From Microcaecilia unicolor (taxonomy: Eukaryota), in NCBI RefSeq assembly GCF_901765095.1, contig NC_044034.1, forward strand, positions 62,626,339 through 62,690,338: 64,000 bases of DNA. The letters run 5' to 3'. The translations under genes were made by a program, and so were the position numbers. Below, piece by piece: positions 23,804-35,496 of this stretch. How positions within the stretch are numbered: the first letter of the stretch is position 1; each line of letters begins with the position of its first letter. Below the pieces are notes generated by a model. The model was given only the letters and a program-made list of their open reading frames with translations, made no database searches and had not been told where the DNA came from.

Positions 23804-23900
23804 GTTCAGTCTCAGATGGATTGGGAACCGTTGAGAAGAACTATGGTAGAAAGTGTAGGCGGATCTACTGGATTTACCTTTGGAACAACCTTTGGAGCCA
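23804..23900 (+). other. candidate exon (copy 2, exon b): 'VQSQMDWEPLRRTMVESVGGSTGFTFGTTFGA' (FxFG-type repeats)
   Basis: Acceptor 'ctcattag|' and donor 'GAGCCA|gtaagtaaag'. Same 97-nt length and phase as 11680-11776. Confidence 0.35.
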
Positions 23901-25129
23901 GTAAGTAAAGGCCTAACTTCCAGTTCTTCTGGGTATTGGGTTTTTAGGAATCAGATTGCCTTTCTGAAGAAGTGGTTGGTTCAAAAAAGAGAGGCAATAT
24001 GGATCTGTAGATGAAAGCGGTCAGAAGAGCATAACGGATCACAGTGAAGTTCAAAACAGAGCAAAGCTTTATTGGAAAATAAAGCTTTGCTGTGTTTTGA
24101 ACTTCATTGTGATCCGTTCTGTTCTTTCTAAAGAAGTGCCGTCTCAGTGAGACTTAAAGATGGACAGGAGGAAAAAGGCTTTGCTTATTGCAAAGGAAGA
24201 AGGGAGTTCAAAAGGTAGACAGTAAAAGAAAAAGGGTTGAGGAATCAAAGTGATCAGAGAGCACAGGATAAGTAAGGGTATGTAACAGTTTTAGGGATGA
24301 AATTTAGAAAGGAACAGATGAGATCAAGACCTTCAAAACAGAGAATGCGGAAGGATCAATTTAATATAAAGATGTTTGGAGAACAGGGAAAACAAAAAAC
24401 AGACGTGCAGGAGAAGGAAATGCTTACTACTGCATTCTGAATGAATTCCAAGGTAGCAAGGTAAGAAATGAGTGAACCAGAAAAAAGGTAACTACATTAG
24501 TCAATGTGAGAGAGGACTGGAACGTCATAGGCGTAGCCAGGTTTTGATGTCAGGGGGAGCAAACGTTTGTAAAGTAGTCACCAGTTGGTGTCGGCTAGTG
24601 TTGTCACTCAGGTGGGGTGGCTGTGGCAATGATTTAACAGTGGCTGCCTTTTTTGTGTCCCGCCTATGAGGAAAATAGGAAGTTACATCAGGAGGAGGGA
24701 TGCAGCAGAGAGCAGGCAGCCTGTCGTCTTAACTACAAGTAAAAATATTCAAATTGTGACCATCACCTCAGGGACTACACAACCACTGTTATACTCCTTC
24801 CACTGCTAGACACTTTTAAAAATTAGATGGGCTTTTGTTTTTATGGTGACTGTACAGGATGTAGAGACCAGTAGTCCCGAGCATTTTTACTTTGGGTAAC
24901 AAGGGCAATCAACCCCATAGCCTACTTTCAAATAGGGCCAGAAACTTTGTGAAATAACACAAAATCGTGCATGAAGACACTCAAAACTTATACTGAAAAC
25001 TTACCACACCATAACAGCCCTAACTCACTTATAAAAAGACAGTGACAAATATTATATTGGGCCCTAGAGCACCAATGTACCTGCTACTTGGAAACTGGCA
25101 CAAACACTACATGCTAGCACAGGGGTGGG

Positions 25130-25255
25130 CAGCCCAGTTGAGTTGTCAGGATTTCCTCAATGAATATGTTTGAGATCATTCATTGGGGAAATCCTAAAGA
25201 CCAGACTGGGTTGAGGCCCTCGAGGACTGAGGTTTCCCACCCCTGTGCTAGCAGA
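25130..25255. mobile_element. short palindromic MITE with 'gctagcacaggggtgggcagc' TIR
   Basis: 'tgctagcacaggggtgggcagcccagttgag...ggtttcccacccctgtgctagc'. Internal 'ggatttcctcaatgaatatg...cattcattggggaaatcc'. Confidence 0.4.
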
Positions 25256-25559
25256 ATCCTTCACCTCATTATATATAAAGCCTCTCAACTGATACAAAAT
25301 AGGGAGCTAAAAAAAACATGGAGACAAAACCTAAATTGGAGACCCTCAAGAAAACCTGACTCTTTAAGCAGGGCAATATTGGTAAAAAAAAAAAAAAAAG
25401 AAATTAATTTTCCCTATATTTTGGAAAATAAAAACAAATTTACAGTTAACAAAGCAGGCATAGCTCAGTACTTATAAATTATTACATAAAAATATTTTTT
25501 CTTTTCTACATCTGGGAATTTTCTTTTTCTAATTAAGCTGGTCTCCATCTCTTTTCCAC

Positions 25560-26100
25560 TTTCAATGAGTCAGGGTTCTCCCAAATTCTTTTCCAGTTTG
25601 GCCTTTCCATTTCTTCTCTCTCCTGTCTTCTACCTTTCCTTCTGTCTGGCACTGATCTTTCATTTTGTTGTCCCTCCCCCCCCCCCCCCCCACACTTTTC
25701 TCTTCTCTGCATTTATATCCACCCATTTGATTTTACTTTCATACTCTTTAACTCACCTTCTAGTCCTTAGTGTGCTTTTCACAGATTTTTCTTGTCTACC
25801 AACTGGCTTTTCCCATCTCCCTCATTCCCTCTCCAGCACTCCCTTTGCCCCTCTGTATTTCTCCTTCCTCTGTCTGCTATCCCCCCCCCCCCCCCCGCCA
25901 TCTTTCACCCACTTCCTTACTCATTCCCATCCCCTGTACTCACCCTCTTAGCCCTCATCTGCCCTCCACTGCTTCTCATTCTTTCACCACCCCAGCTCCA
26001 TCCCTGTCTCTTCTTTCTTCTCTTGCCTACAGGCCATACTTCCATCTCTTCCATTTGCCTATACCTCATTTCCTATTACTACCATCTTTTTAACCCCATT
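25560..26100. repeat. pyrimidine (C/T)-rich low-complexity region with two C homopolymers (25676-25691, 25881-25896)
   Basis: Base composition. P/S/L-rich ORFs 25565..26157 are artefacts. Confidence 0.55.
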
Positions 26101-26599
26101 TCCACCCTTATTCAACCTCTTCCTCGATCCCCTTCCTCGCATACTGGTAACCATTGACTATCAATGTTTTTCAACATTTTTATTGATGGCACTTCAAAGT
26201 AAATACATCCAATCAGATGTATACAGAGATTCAAATATGAAGATGTACACCATAAACATAAAATGATACAGTCCGTCATCAAACATTTAACAATTGTCCC
26301 CACCCCACCCCTCTATGTAGTAATTGAAACAATTTTAGTGATGCTAATTCTCAGCCTTGCGAACGATAAAAAAAATATAAGGCATCAATAAGTAAAGCAG
26401 AACTTGAAGTTCCCCATTCCAAATCCTCCCTGCTTCCTCATTACTGAACTCACCCCATCCACCCCCATACCCATCCTCAATCTCACCCACTCCTAATCTC
26501 GTAAGAGACAGCATGAAGGAGAACAGAAGATCCTCTTTAACAAAGAGACTGTGCACCAAAAAAAAAAGGAAAATGAAAATCGCCCCAGTCTCCCAAGCC

Positions 26600-29500
26600 C
26601 TCAAAGGGAATTAATCCCTCGGGGATTCAAAGATTGTGTATGTGGCCCCCCAAATGGAGAGAAACCAGTCTCTACCTCTTGGAGACAAGCGTGCTCCCCT
26701 AGTTCCAATAACATGAGGTCATGAAACTTATTACACAAATGCCAGTAGTCCAGAGGCAAGTCTCTTTTCAAGAGGCTCAGAATGACACATTTGTCCAAAA
26801 TACAGGATTTACGAATAAGTTGTTGAGCATCTCTACCCTGCAATGCAAAGAGTTCATATTTATCCAAAAGAGTTCCAAGAGGGGAGATTGAAATGCCAAA
26901 TATTGAAAAATGGCAGTCCAAAACGCCTGTACAAAAAAAAAAAAACAATTCCGGAGAGAGAGTGAAAGAATGAGCCCGGAGTGCATTGACATTTTGAGCA
27001 TAAAGGCATATCCGTATCCCCAATTTTAAATATTTGAGCTTTGGAAAGGTATGTCCGATGCAATATCTGAAATTGGCACTCCCTTAGGTCTGCACTCACT
27101 GCCAAAGTGGGAATCCGGGAGGTCAAATTTAAGGAAATCCAAAGAAAGGTTGGGTCTACCCAAATCTTGTGCCCAGCGGAATCAAGTAGCCTCATTATCC
27201 TTTGGGGGGGGGGGGGGGAAGAGGGTCATAAATGCTTTATAAAGACCAGAAACTGAAAGCTTATCTCCCTTCACCAAAGTAAAAATGTTTCGCACATGGT
27301 GACTATACCAAGACCCTAGAGCTACAGCACTCAAGGAGCTGATATAGTGAGATAATTGGTTATATGCGTAAGCATTATTGATCTCTATGCCTATACCCAA
27401 CACCCCTAAACTCTGCAATGAACCCCTATCAGTCAGAACATGGTCTAATCTCTTTCTACACAGACATTCTGACGCCCGAAAAGTGCTATTTTCATTGCTG
27501 GGATAAACGACAGATTACCGCAAATCGGCAACAGATCTGACATATTTGGGTCAACACCTCAATACCTAATCATATCTCTCCAGATCTCCTGCAACGGACT
27601 CAGCAAAAAACTATTCTGAAAAGTCAAAGGAACAACATGCCTTGGGTTCTGTAACAAAAAATATAAATGTTAAGTTTTCACGGAAACAGTGGGTTTGTGA
27701 GCCCTTGGACCACTGCCGTGGAGCAGCAGTGGCAGGCAAAACCACCTTAAACCAGAGACAAGGCAGAACTCTGACAGGAACAGCTAGACTTCACCTGCAC
27801 TTGACCGCTATTCCCCAGGAGTTGAGCTCCTGGGTGCAGGTGGCCGGCAGGACTTACAGGACAGGAACCGGATACCAACAGGATACACACAGGGTCTAGA
27901 ATACACAAGGGAGGCAAGGTAGAATAGTAGACTAGGACTCTCAGACAAACACTACCACACTAGGTAGAAAGCAGGCAGGCTCAAGAACAAGGACTGAAAG
28001 CTGCCAAGCAGCCACTAAGAAAGAAACACAGACAGGTAAGAGTCAAGACTGAAAGCTGCCAAGCAGCCACTGAGAAAGAAACACAGACAACCAAGAACCA
28101 GACAAGGAATACAGACCAGAAACAAGACTAGAATACAAGCAACACAGACTAAGCTATAACCAGGCAAGGATTTCAGACAAGGAACTAAACTAGGCAAAAA
28201 TGCAACTGAGCACACCAACATACCCAGAGACCTTAGACGATGCAAAGGCAAACACATAAGTTTCCAGGAGGTTAATAAAGCCCATTGGCTGCTGAAGTTC
28301 AACTGCAGGAATCACCAGGCAACTACGGGTGCTGTTCAGGCACAAACAAGAAAAGCAAGTCTGACAGCCCGGAAGATCCGGACTGGACTGGGCTGAAGTC
28401 TGGAACGAGTGACAGTCCATAGCAGCCACCGGTTTTTGCCACCAGAGGGCGAGGTGAGCACAGACAAGGAAACAGTCACCACCATGACAATAAATTACAT
28501 GGAGCAAAATAGTCGATTTTTAACTGTCGTGAAGTATAATCCTGTTGATCCAAAAACCAATCGCCCAGGTGACAAAGCATGCAGGCTTGGTTATACCGTT
28601 GCAAATTGGGCAGTCCCATACCTCCCTCCCTCCAGGAGCCCATCATCTGTTGCAAGGGATTTTAGATTTTGTTCCTCCCCAGCAAAACCGCCCCAACAGT
28701 TTATGTAACAGTTTCAAGTCTTTTTTAAGTAGTCAAACTGGCAGTAGTTGCAGAATGTAGAGCCATCTTGGGTATTCGAGCATATGAAATAACTGAATTC
28801 TACCATGTAGCATGAGTGGCAAGGCCATCCATTCCTTCAAATGCCCAGCTGTTGCCTCCAACAAGTGCAAGATATTTTAGATACCTGCATAGAAAGCAGT
28901 ATACCTAAATAAGGAAAGGAATTTCGTACCTGTTGAATTGGGAAGTTAGGCCCCACATTAACTCCTCCCTAGACGCCAATTCCAGGGACTTAGTGAATCC
29001 AGCAAAATCACCAAATTCTTGAAACAGTTCTAACAGCGCGGACAAGGACTTCATAGACTCTGTATTATGGACCAGCATATTATGGCTGTATTATGGCTGA
29101 GATAATGAACTTAGAATTAACAATTGGGACTCCAGAGATTTCTGAATGCTGAGCCACCTCCTGAATGAGATTGTCCAGAGATAACACAGATAAGAAGGGT
29201 GACAATGGATATCCCTGTCGAGTAATGATGATGACCCAAAGGTACCATTGTTTTGTCTCATTTCTTATGCTTTTTAGTAGCATGTTCTTGTCCGTTACAG
29301 TTAGCATTCATGTCTGCTATACCTCTTCTCTGAAATATTGACCACAACCTTGTATGTGTTTTTGCAGAGGTTGCACTATGCAGATTTTCTTCATTAGTCT
29401 CACATTAATTGCTGATCATTTTTCTTTCTTTCTTTCTTTTTTTTTAATAGCTGGTCAGCATTTTCAGTTACTGTTGCTCCAGCATCAAAACAGTAGCTAG

Positions 29501-31000
29501 CAGAACTTCCATTTTATAGGTGTCTTCAGTCTGTATGTGTATCTGGAGTAGTAAGTCTAAGTATTAATCACAGTTCATAATGTAGCACAGCCTGCCTCTC
29601 TCTTTTTTTTTTTTCTGGATAATCTGCCTTAAAAGGAGTTCTGTTGTCTTTCAGTGCTCATTTTTATTGCTAATTTAAAATTTCTCTGTTTCTACCTGGT
29701 TTCTGTTAGTCTTGTCTAGACTTTCATTCACTAACTTTGAATGAAGTCTAGAAGCTTAGTGCAGGAGTAGTTCAGTTAAGACTGGAGTATTTTTTTCACG
29801 GAGAGATTGGTGGATGCTTGGAATGCTCTCTCGCGGGAGGTGGTGGAGAGGAAAACGGTAACGGAATTCAAACATGCGTGGGATAAACATAAAGGAATCC
29901 TGTTCCGAGGGAATGGATCCTCAGAAGCTTAGCCGAGATTGGGTGGTGGGAGGCGGGGATAGTGCTAGGCAGACTTATACGGTCTGTGCCAGAGCCGGTG
30001 GTTGGGAGGCAAGGATAGTGCTGGGCAGACTTATACTGTCTTGTGCCCTGAAAATGACAGATACAAATCAAGGTAAGGTATACACAAAAAGTAGCACATA
30101 TGAATTTATTTTGTTGGGCAGACTAGATGGACCATGCAGGTCTTTTTCTGCCGTCATCTACTATGTTACTATGTTACCTCTATGAATATGGAACTGCCTG
30201 GAGCGCTGTCCATTGACCCACATGAATGCCTGCGGGTCAGAATAGAGGATCCAAATCGTATCCCCCAAAGAAAACCTCCATCCCATTTCACCACATTACC
30301 ACAAAAAGAAAAGGCTAGATCACCAATTGGATGCCTTCGCATCAAAACTGAAAAGGAGAGAAATCATCCAACTTCCAGATACCACCTCCAGGGAAGCCAA
30401 AATAGATTGAATATTTTTAACTGCCACCTGTCCCTTCACAAACCCCACCTGGGCTGTATCAGTCAGGTCTGGGAGTACATGCGATAATCTATTAGCTAGA
30501 ATTTTGTTATATAACTTTACCTCAGCGTTTAAGAGATTTATGTGCTGATATAAGCTTAGGTCCTCCGGATCTTTGTTCAATTTTAACACAATTATCTGAG
30601 CTGTCTTTAAAGAGTCCAGAAGGGTCCCCTCAGCGACCATCGAGTTGAACAAATAAAGCAAAGGGGGGGATTTCACCCACTCATAAAACTTTTTTTTTTT
30701 TTTTAAATAGAACTCCACACCGTCCGGGCCTGGAGTCTTATGCATTGCACTTTGCTGCAAAGCCAACAAAAGGTTTCCCTCTGTAAAAGGCATGCTCAAA
30801 AATTCATGCTGGCGAGGGGAAAGCTGAGGAAGATTTAAATTGTCTAGATATAACTCAGTATCCAAAACTCCCCAAATCCTCAGGTGCTGCATAAAGAGCC
30901 TATCTAGCCCAGTATATGAGTTGAAGCCAGTAGGTGGAACTTGCCACCATTTTCCTTCACCCAAAACAATAGCAAACGCTATTGAAAAGATTGCCAAATA
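26600..31000 (-). mobile_element. L1/Tx1-like LINE, degraded (RT N-terminal region at 30320-30997, ORF2 C-terminal Cys-rich domain at 26601-27195), with nested insertions
   Basis: ORF 30320..30997 has 'PGPDGVEFYLKK', 'LLYLFNSM', 'AQIIVLKLNKDPEDLSLYQHINLLNAEVKLYNKILANRL' and 'QVGFVKGQ' (L1 RT boxes). ORF 26860..27195 has 'ECQFQILHRTYLSKAQIFKIGDTDMPLCSKCQ' (L1 ORF2 C-terminal domain). Confidence 0.6.
29770..30180 (+). mobile_element. CR1 3' end (ORF2 C-terminus + 3'UTR) nested inside the minus-strand L1
   Basis: Translation 'FFTERVVDAWNALSREVVERKTVTEFKHAWDKHKGIL'. 3'UTR 'ggcagacttatacggtctgtgcc...gggcagactagatggaccatgcaggtctttttctgccgtcatctactatgttactatgtta'. Confidence 0.6.
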
Positions 31001-31390
31001 TTATTAGAAATAACGGACTGCTGGGGGCGCTGTGGAGCTACCGATGAGAATAGACGCTTGAAGATCTCTCTCCCCTGTTTTTGCTAGAATATTGATCCAA
31101 ACTATCAGTTGGAATCCTTTTTCCTCTATCTTTGTCTAAAGTAAATCTACTCTCATAATGTCTTTAAATCGTCTAAGCTGGATTCTCACAGTCTACCACA
31201 GGCTGGATCTAAGCGAACTAAAACTGATTCGCCAACACCGGAAAAGGCCGCACAAACTAGGTTACCGCCTTCCTTATCGGATATCATCATGGAAGAAATG
31301 CAAGCTCTAAAAAGGTGGGAAAATGTGGGATACAAATGCAATAAATAAATAAAAGAGCTCACGACTAAACACTTTCAAACGACTTGTGAT

Positions 31391-31906
31391 TTGAAATTGG
31401 ACCTACAATCCCTTACATCTGCCTTAACAGTGTTTCAGATCCATGTTGAGACCTTGGAAACATGTGCAGATCAATCTGCTCTGACTATGGTGCAACAATA
31501 TGAAAAAACAGATCAAGATCTCCGCAAACTAGAACTAGAGATTGAAGATCTCTCTAATAGGAACAGGAGAAACAACACTAGAATTATTGGCTTAAAAGAA
31601 GGTGCAGAAGGATCTGATGTCATACAATTTCTTATCACATGGCTTCCACAGATTCTACATATCAAGACTGACCTCCCGCTACAGTTCAAAAGAGCTCACA
31701 GATCGCCGTCGCATCGTAAACAAGGCCTTCAACACCCAAGGCTGATTATTGCAAAACTTCTTCACTTTCAGCAGGCAATACAAATTTTGACAGCGGCTCG
31801 ACCAGCCAAAGATCTTCAATTTGACGGGAAACGACTTTTGATCCAGATTTGGCCAAAACTACCGCTAGGAAATGGAAAGCTTTTTTGGATACGAGACCGT
31901 ACGTAA
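31391..31906 (+). mobile_element. L1/Tx1-like ORF1p (Transposase_22-type) coding region
   Basis: 'LEIEDLSNRNRRNNTRIIGLKEGAEG' and 'AHRSP...PRLIIAKLLHFQQAIQILTAARPAKDLQFDGKRLLI' are the hallmark L1 ORF1p RRM/CTD motifs. Confidence 0.65.
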
Positions 31907-33149
31907 AATCTTTGGGCGCTAGGTATGGTTTACAGTATCCTGATCGTATGCAAGTAACTGTCACGTTCCCTGTCTGTGCAGAGTGTGGGCACCGGAGGAT
32001 CGGACGGCCATCTTGTATTTGGGCTTGTTCCAGGTTTGGGCGGCCATCTTAGTAGGGGGCAGCTTAGGTTATGGCAGCCATCTTGGAGTGGGGCAGCTTC
32101 AGGAAGGAAGCCCATATTTGGGTGTAGGGTGTCACCGATGGGGGCAGCCATCTTGATTTCAGCTGTGCTTGTTTGGGCCTAATTTCTACTCTATTTCTGC
32201 CCTCAGTCCTTCCGTTCTTCGGCTTCTACTCAGTTTGCTAGATAGTTGCAGTGCTTTTTGGATCTACGGTTGTCGGCTGCCTGGTACTGACCTGTGCCTG
32301 TCCCTGGATCTGCTACTGACTGCTGCCTGGTACTGACCTGTGCCTGTCCCTGGATCTGCTACTGACCGCTGCCTGGTACTGACCTCTGCCGGTTGCTAGA
32401 TCTGCTGTTCCCTGCTGCCTGGTCTAACCCTGTGGACTTTGTGCTGGACTTTGTTCTTTCTGCTGTTGGCTACACGCACTCAGGGGCTCAACCTCTGGGG
32501 AACGGTGGGTGACACAGGGGGAACTCGGGGTTTTGACAGACAGCCCGGTGAGGGGTTTCCCTCGAGTACAAGGGCTCACCTCTCCTTGTGGAAAGCATTA
32601 CAGTAACTATGCATAATACTACCAAATGTTTTCACTCTCCTGATCAATTGCATCAATATCTTGATCAACTTCAATCTCATGTCATGGCTCCTTGTCTTCT
32701 CACCAGACCAATAAGGGTGTCTGCTTTTTGTATAAAGCCTTTTCAATAGGCTTTCATTTGTTCTAATATGATATTAACTATGTTATAAGGTTAATTACTT
32801 TAGATCATACTGTGTTCTCATGCTGTTACCACAGTTTTGACTTAAATATGTAAGTTTATATTAATATTGCTATAGAGGGGTTTTTTTTCTATTTGTACCA
32901 TACTAATGGTTTGGTCAACCTATGTCACTTTTTTTTTAATCAAGATATACAGGGTTGTCTTTGAGTGTCACCCTATCTCTACTCTCATTCTCACTTATCT
33001 CGGGTTCATTTCTTTGGTTGAACTAATTTCTTAGTTCTTTATGCCGTTTCTCTCTGTTATATGTCAGGTATGCATAATGTTTCTCAATCAAAATTACCTG
33101 CCTATTTTTTGTAATGGACTATGTGCTATGTATCCATTTCTTCCTATAT

Positions 33150-33700
33150 ACTATGATTAACATAGTGACTTGGACTGTAAATGGTTTAAGTCACCCTATA
33201 AAACACAAGGAGGTACTTATATATCTTAAAAAACTTAAACCAGGAATAATGTTTTTTTACAAGAAACTCATTCTCCCAATACTTTACCACTTATTAAGCA
33301 ATGTAACTGGATTTCATCCTCTATAGATTCTCCTTCTATTGATAGGAAACATGGAGTTTCAATATTGTTTCATAAAGATGTTAATCCAACTATTTTAGAA
33401 TGTATTATTGACCCTAATGGTAGATGGATAAATGTCAAGGTATCTATACATATCTATCTATAAATAATGTTTCAGTATTGTTAGTAAATTTATATGCCCC
33501 AAATATTGACTCTCCTGATTTTTTCTCCAACCTTTTTCAAACAATACAGTCGCTGGAATTTATTCCGATTATTATGTCAGGGGACTTTAACATTCCTTTG
33601 GATTATTATCTTGACAGACGTTCCCAAATTAAGGTGTCACATTCTAAATCGTCTTATCACTTTACATTTGTTATGATTGGGGTCAGAACCCCTCTCAAAC
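33150..33700 (+). mobile_element. L1-like ORF2 N-terminal endonuclease fragment (frameshifted)
   Basis: 'MINIVTWTVNGLSHPIKHKEVLIYLKKLKP', '...FLQETHS-like', 'GRWINVK', 'LVNLYAPN' and 'IMSGDFNIPLD'. Confidence 0.5.
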
Positions 33701-34960
33701 TTACCTCTTTCCTGGGGGTCAGCTTCTTAGCTGGCTTCTGTTTCTTTTCTCTGTCCTTTCTGAGCTGGCTCTGTCTCTCTGTGCTGGCAGCTTCCAGCAG
33801 CATGGGGTTAATTGTCTCACTTCACTGCAGCTGTGGGTGTGGTCTGAGTTGCTCTACCTCTCCCTAGGTGTACTGGCTTCAAGAGCTTCTCGGTGCTGCA
33901 TTGATATGGGTTGGGCCTCTTGGGGTTTGAATGTGTTCTGCCTGGCTCTAGGGAGAGTGACATCATCTGGGAGGGCCTTGATAAGGAAGTGGGTTCTTTC
34001 CTTCAGGGCCTTCGCAACGTTTGCTTCTGGCTACTTGCTTTAGGTCCAGGTTAGTTTAGTGCAGTGTGCACTTGTGACTTGTGTGTTTGACTTCCCTGTT
34101 TTTCCCTTTGGCTCCTCTGCTTTCCCTTTTGTTACGGTGAGTAGCACTGCTGTTAGTGCAGTGCTGGAGCTTGATGCTGGGAGCACCCTTGTTAGTAAGT
34201 ACTTAGGAAGCACCTTTTGTTGTTTGGGGATTTGGCTTTCCTGCTTGTTTCCTTGTGTCTTCCCCGCTTTTCCTTGTGACCTGTGTTTAGCTGCTGTAGC
34301 TTGGTGCTTAGGAAGCACCGGGGTGAGAACCCGTGTTTAGCTGCTGCAACTTGGTGCTTAGGAAGCACCAGTGTTAGGTCTGGCATTTGTCTTCCCTTCC
34401 TTTTCCCTTGTGGCTTCCCTGCACTTCTGTTAGTGTAGGGCGTAGGGGCACCCCTGTTAGTTTCTGTTAGGAGCACTGCTGTTAGTGGAGGGCTTAGGAG
34501 CTTTTCTGTTGGTGCTGGGCTTAGGAACACTTTTGGTCACTTTAGGAGTTAGGTGCACTTCAGTTACAGCTTGTTCTAGTCCTGGTCCCTGTGTCGTCCA
34601 GTAAGTCCTGCCGGCTACTCGAACCCAGGAGCTCAACTCCTGGGGGGCTTAGTAGCTAAGTGCAGGTGAAGCTGTGTGGACCAGTCCAGTGTTCCAGTCC
34701 TGTGTCCTCCAGTCCGGGGGATTTCAGTCCAGTGTTCCAGTCCGGGGGATTCCAGTTCAGTGTTCCGGTCCGGTGTTCCAGTCCTGTGTCCTCCAGTCCG
34801 GGGGATTCCAGTCCAGTGTTCCAGTCCGGGGGATTCCAGTCCAGTATTCCAGTCCGGTGTTCCAGTCCTGTGTCCTCCAGTCTGGGGAATTCCAGTCCAG
34901 TGTTCCAGTCCGTGTGTTCCAGCTCGCTGGGCGGTGCCTGCAGTCCCTGCCGGTGTCGGT
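33700..34960. repeat. block of tandem repeats ('cttaggaagcacc' ~50-bp units at 34290-34390, ~60-bp 'ccagtccagtgttccagtccgggggattccagt' units at 34680-34940)
   Basis: Direct tandem periodicity seen in sequence. Overlapping ORFs 34633-35123 on both strands are artefacts. Confidence 0.6.
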
Positions 34961-35480
34961 GTGCTTGCCCAGCGTTGGTTGGTGGGTTTTGCCTGCTGCT
35001 GTCGCTCCTCGTCAGCAGCCCAAGGGCTCACGTTTGCTCCAGAGCCTGGCCCCATGGGCTCTGAACCTGAGAACCTGGCAACATTCTTTTATAGATCAAT
35101 TACATCTCATTGATCCTCATTGATCTCCCTCCTCCTTCCCCAGGGCCGTGCCTAGGGTCTCTGGCGCCCCCTGCAGACCATCAGTTGGTGCCCCCCTGCG
35201 CCCCCCCCCCCGGACCTGCCTGGCTCCAAGGCGCATGGAAGAGCTGGGCGGTGCCAAAGAGCTGAGCGTTGCTCCCCCAAACTGCCGTCTGGGGCGCAGT
35301 GGAGGAAATGGCTAGGTTTGGCATACTTCTCATTCAGCCTGAGCCTCCTCTGCTCCATCTCCGATTTCCCGGCGCTTTAAATTTACCTCTCTCCGCCTCC
35401 GACATCTGCGCAGCGTCAGTGAAAGCGCTGCCTGTCTGACGTCTCTCCACCAGCCTTCCCTTCGCTCGTTCGTTTACTCT

Positions 35481-35496
35481 GTGCCCCGCCTTCTTC
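35481..35496. repeat. target-site duplication, left copy ('gtgccccgccttcttc')
   Basis: Identical 16-mer at 37051-37066, immediately flanking the A-tailed insertion. Confidence 0.7.

Noticed and set aside
25565-26157. P/S/L-rich ORFs 25565..25951, 25770..26093 and 25792..26157
   Set aside because: Pyrimidine-rich low-complexity DNA with C homopolymers. Three overlapping frames all 'open' is typical of CT-rich tracts, not genes.
34633-35123. Four overlapping 134-149-aa ORFs on both strands
   Set aside because: They sit on the 60-bp tandem repeat 'ccagtccagtgttccagtccgggggattccagt'. They are periodic low-complexity translations, i.e. artefacts.
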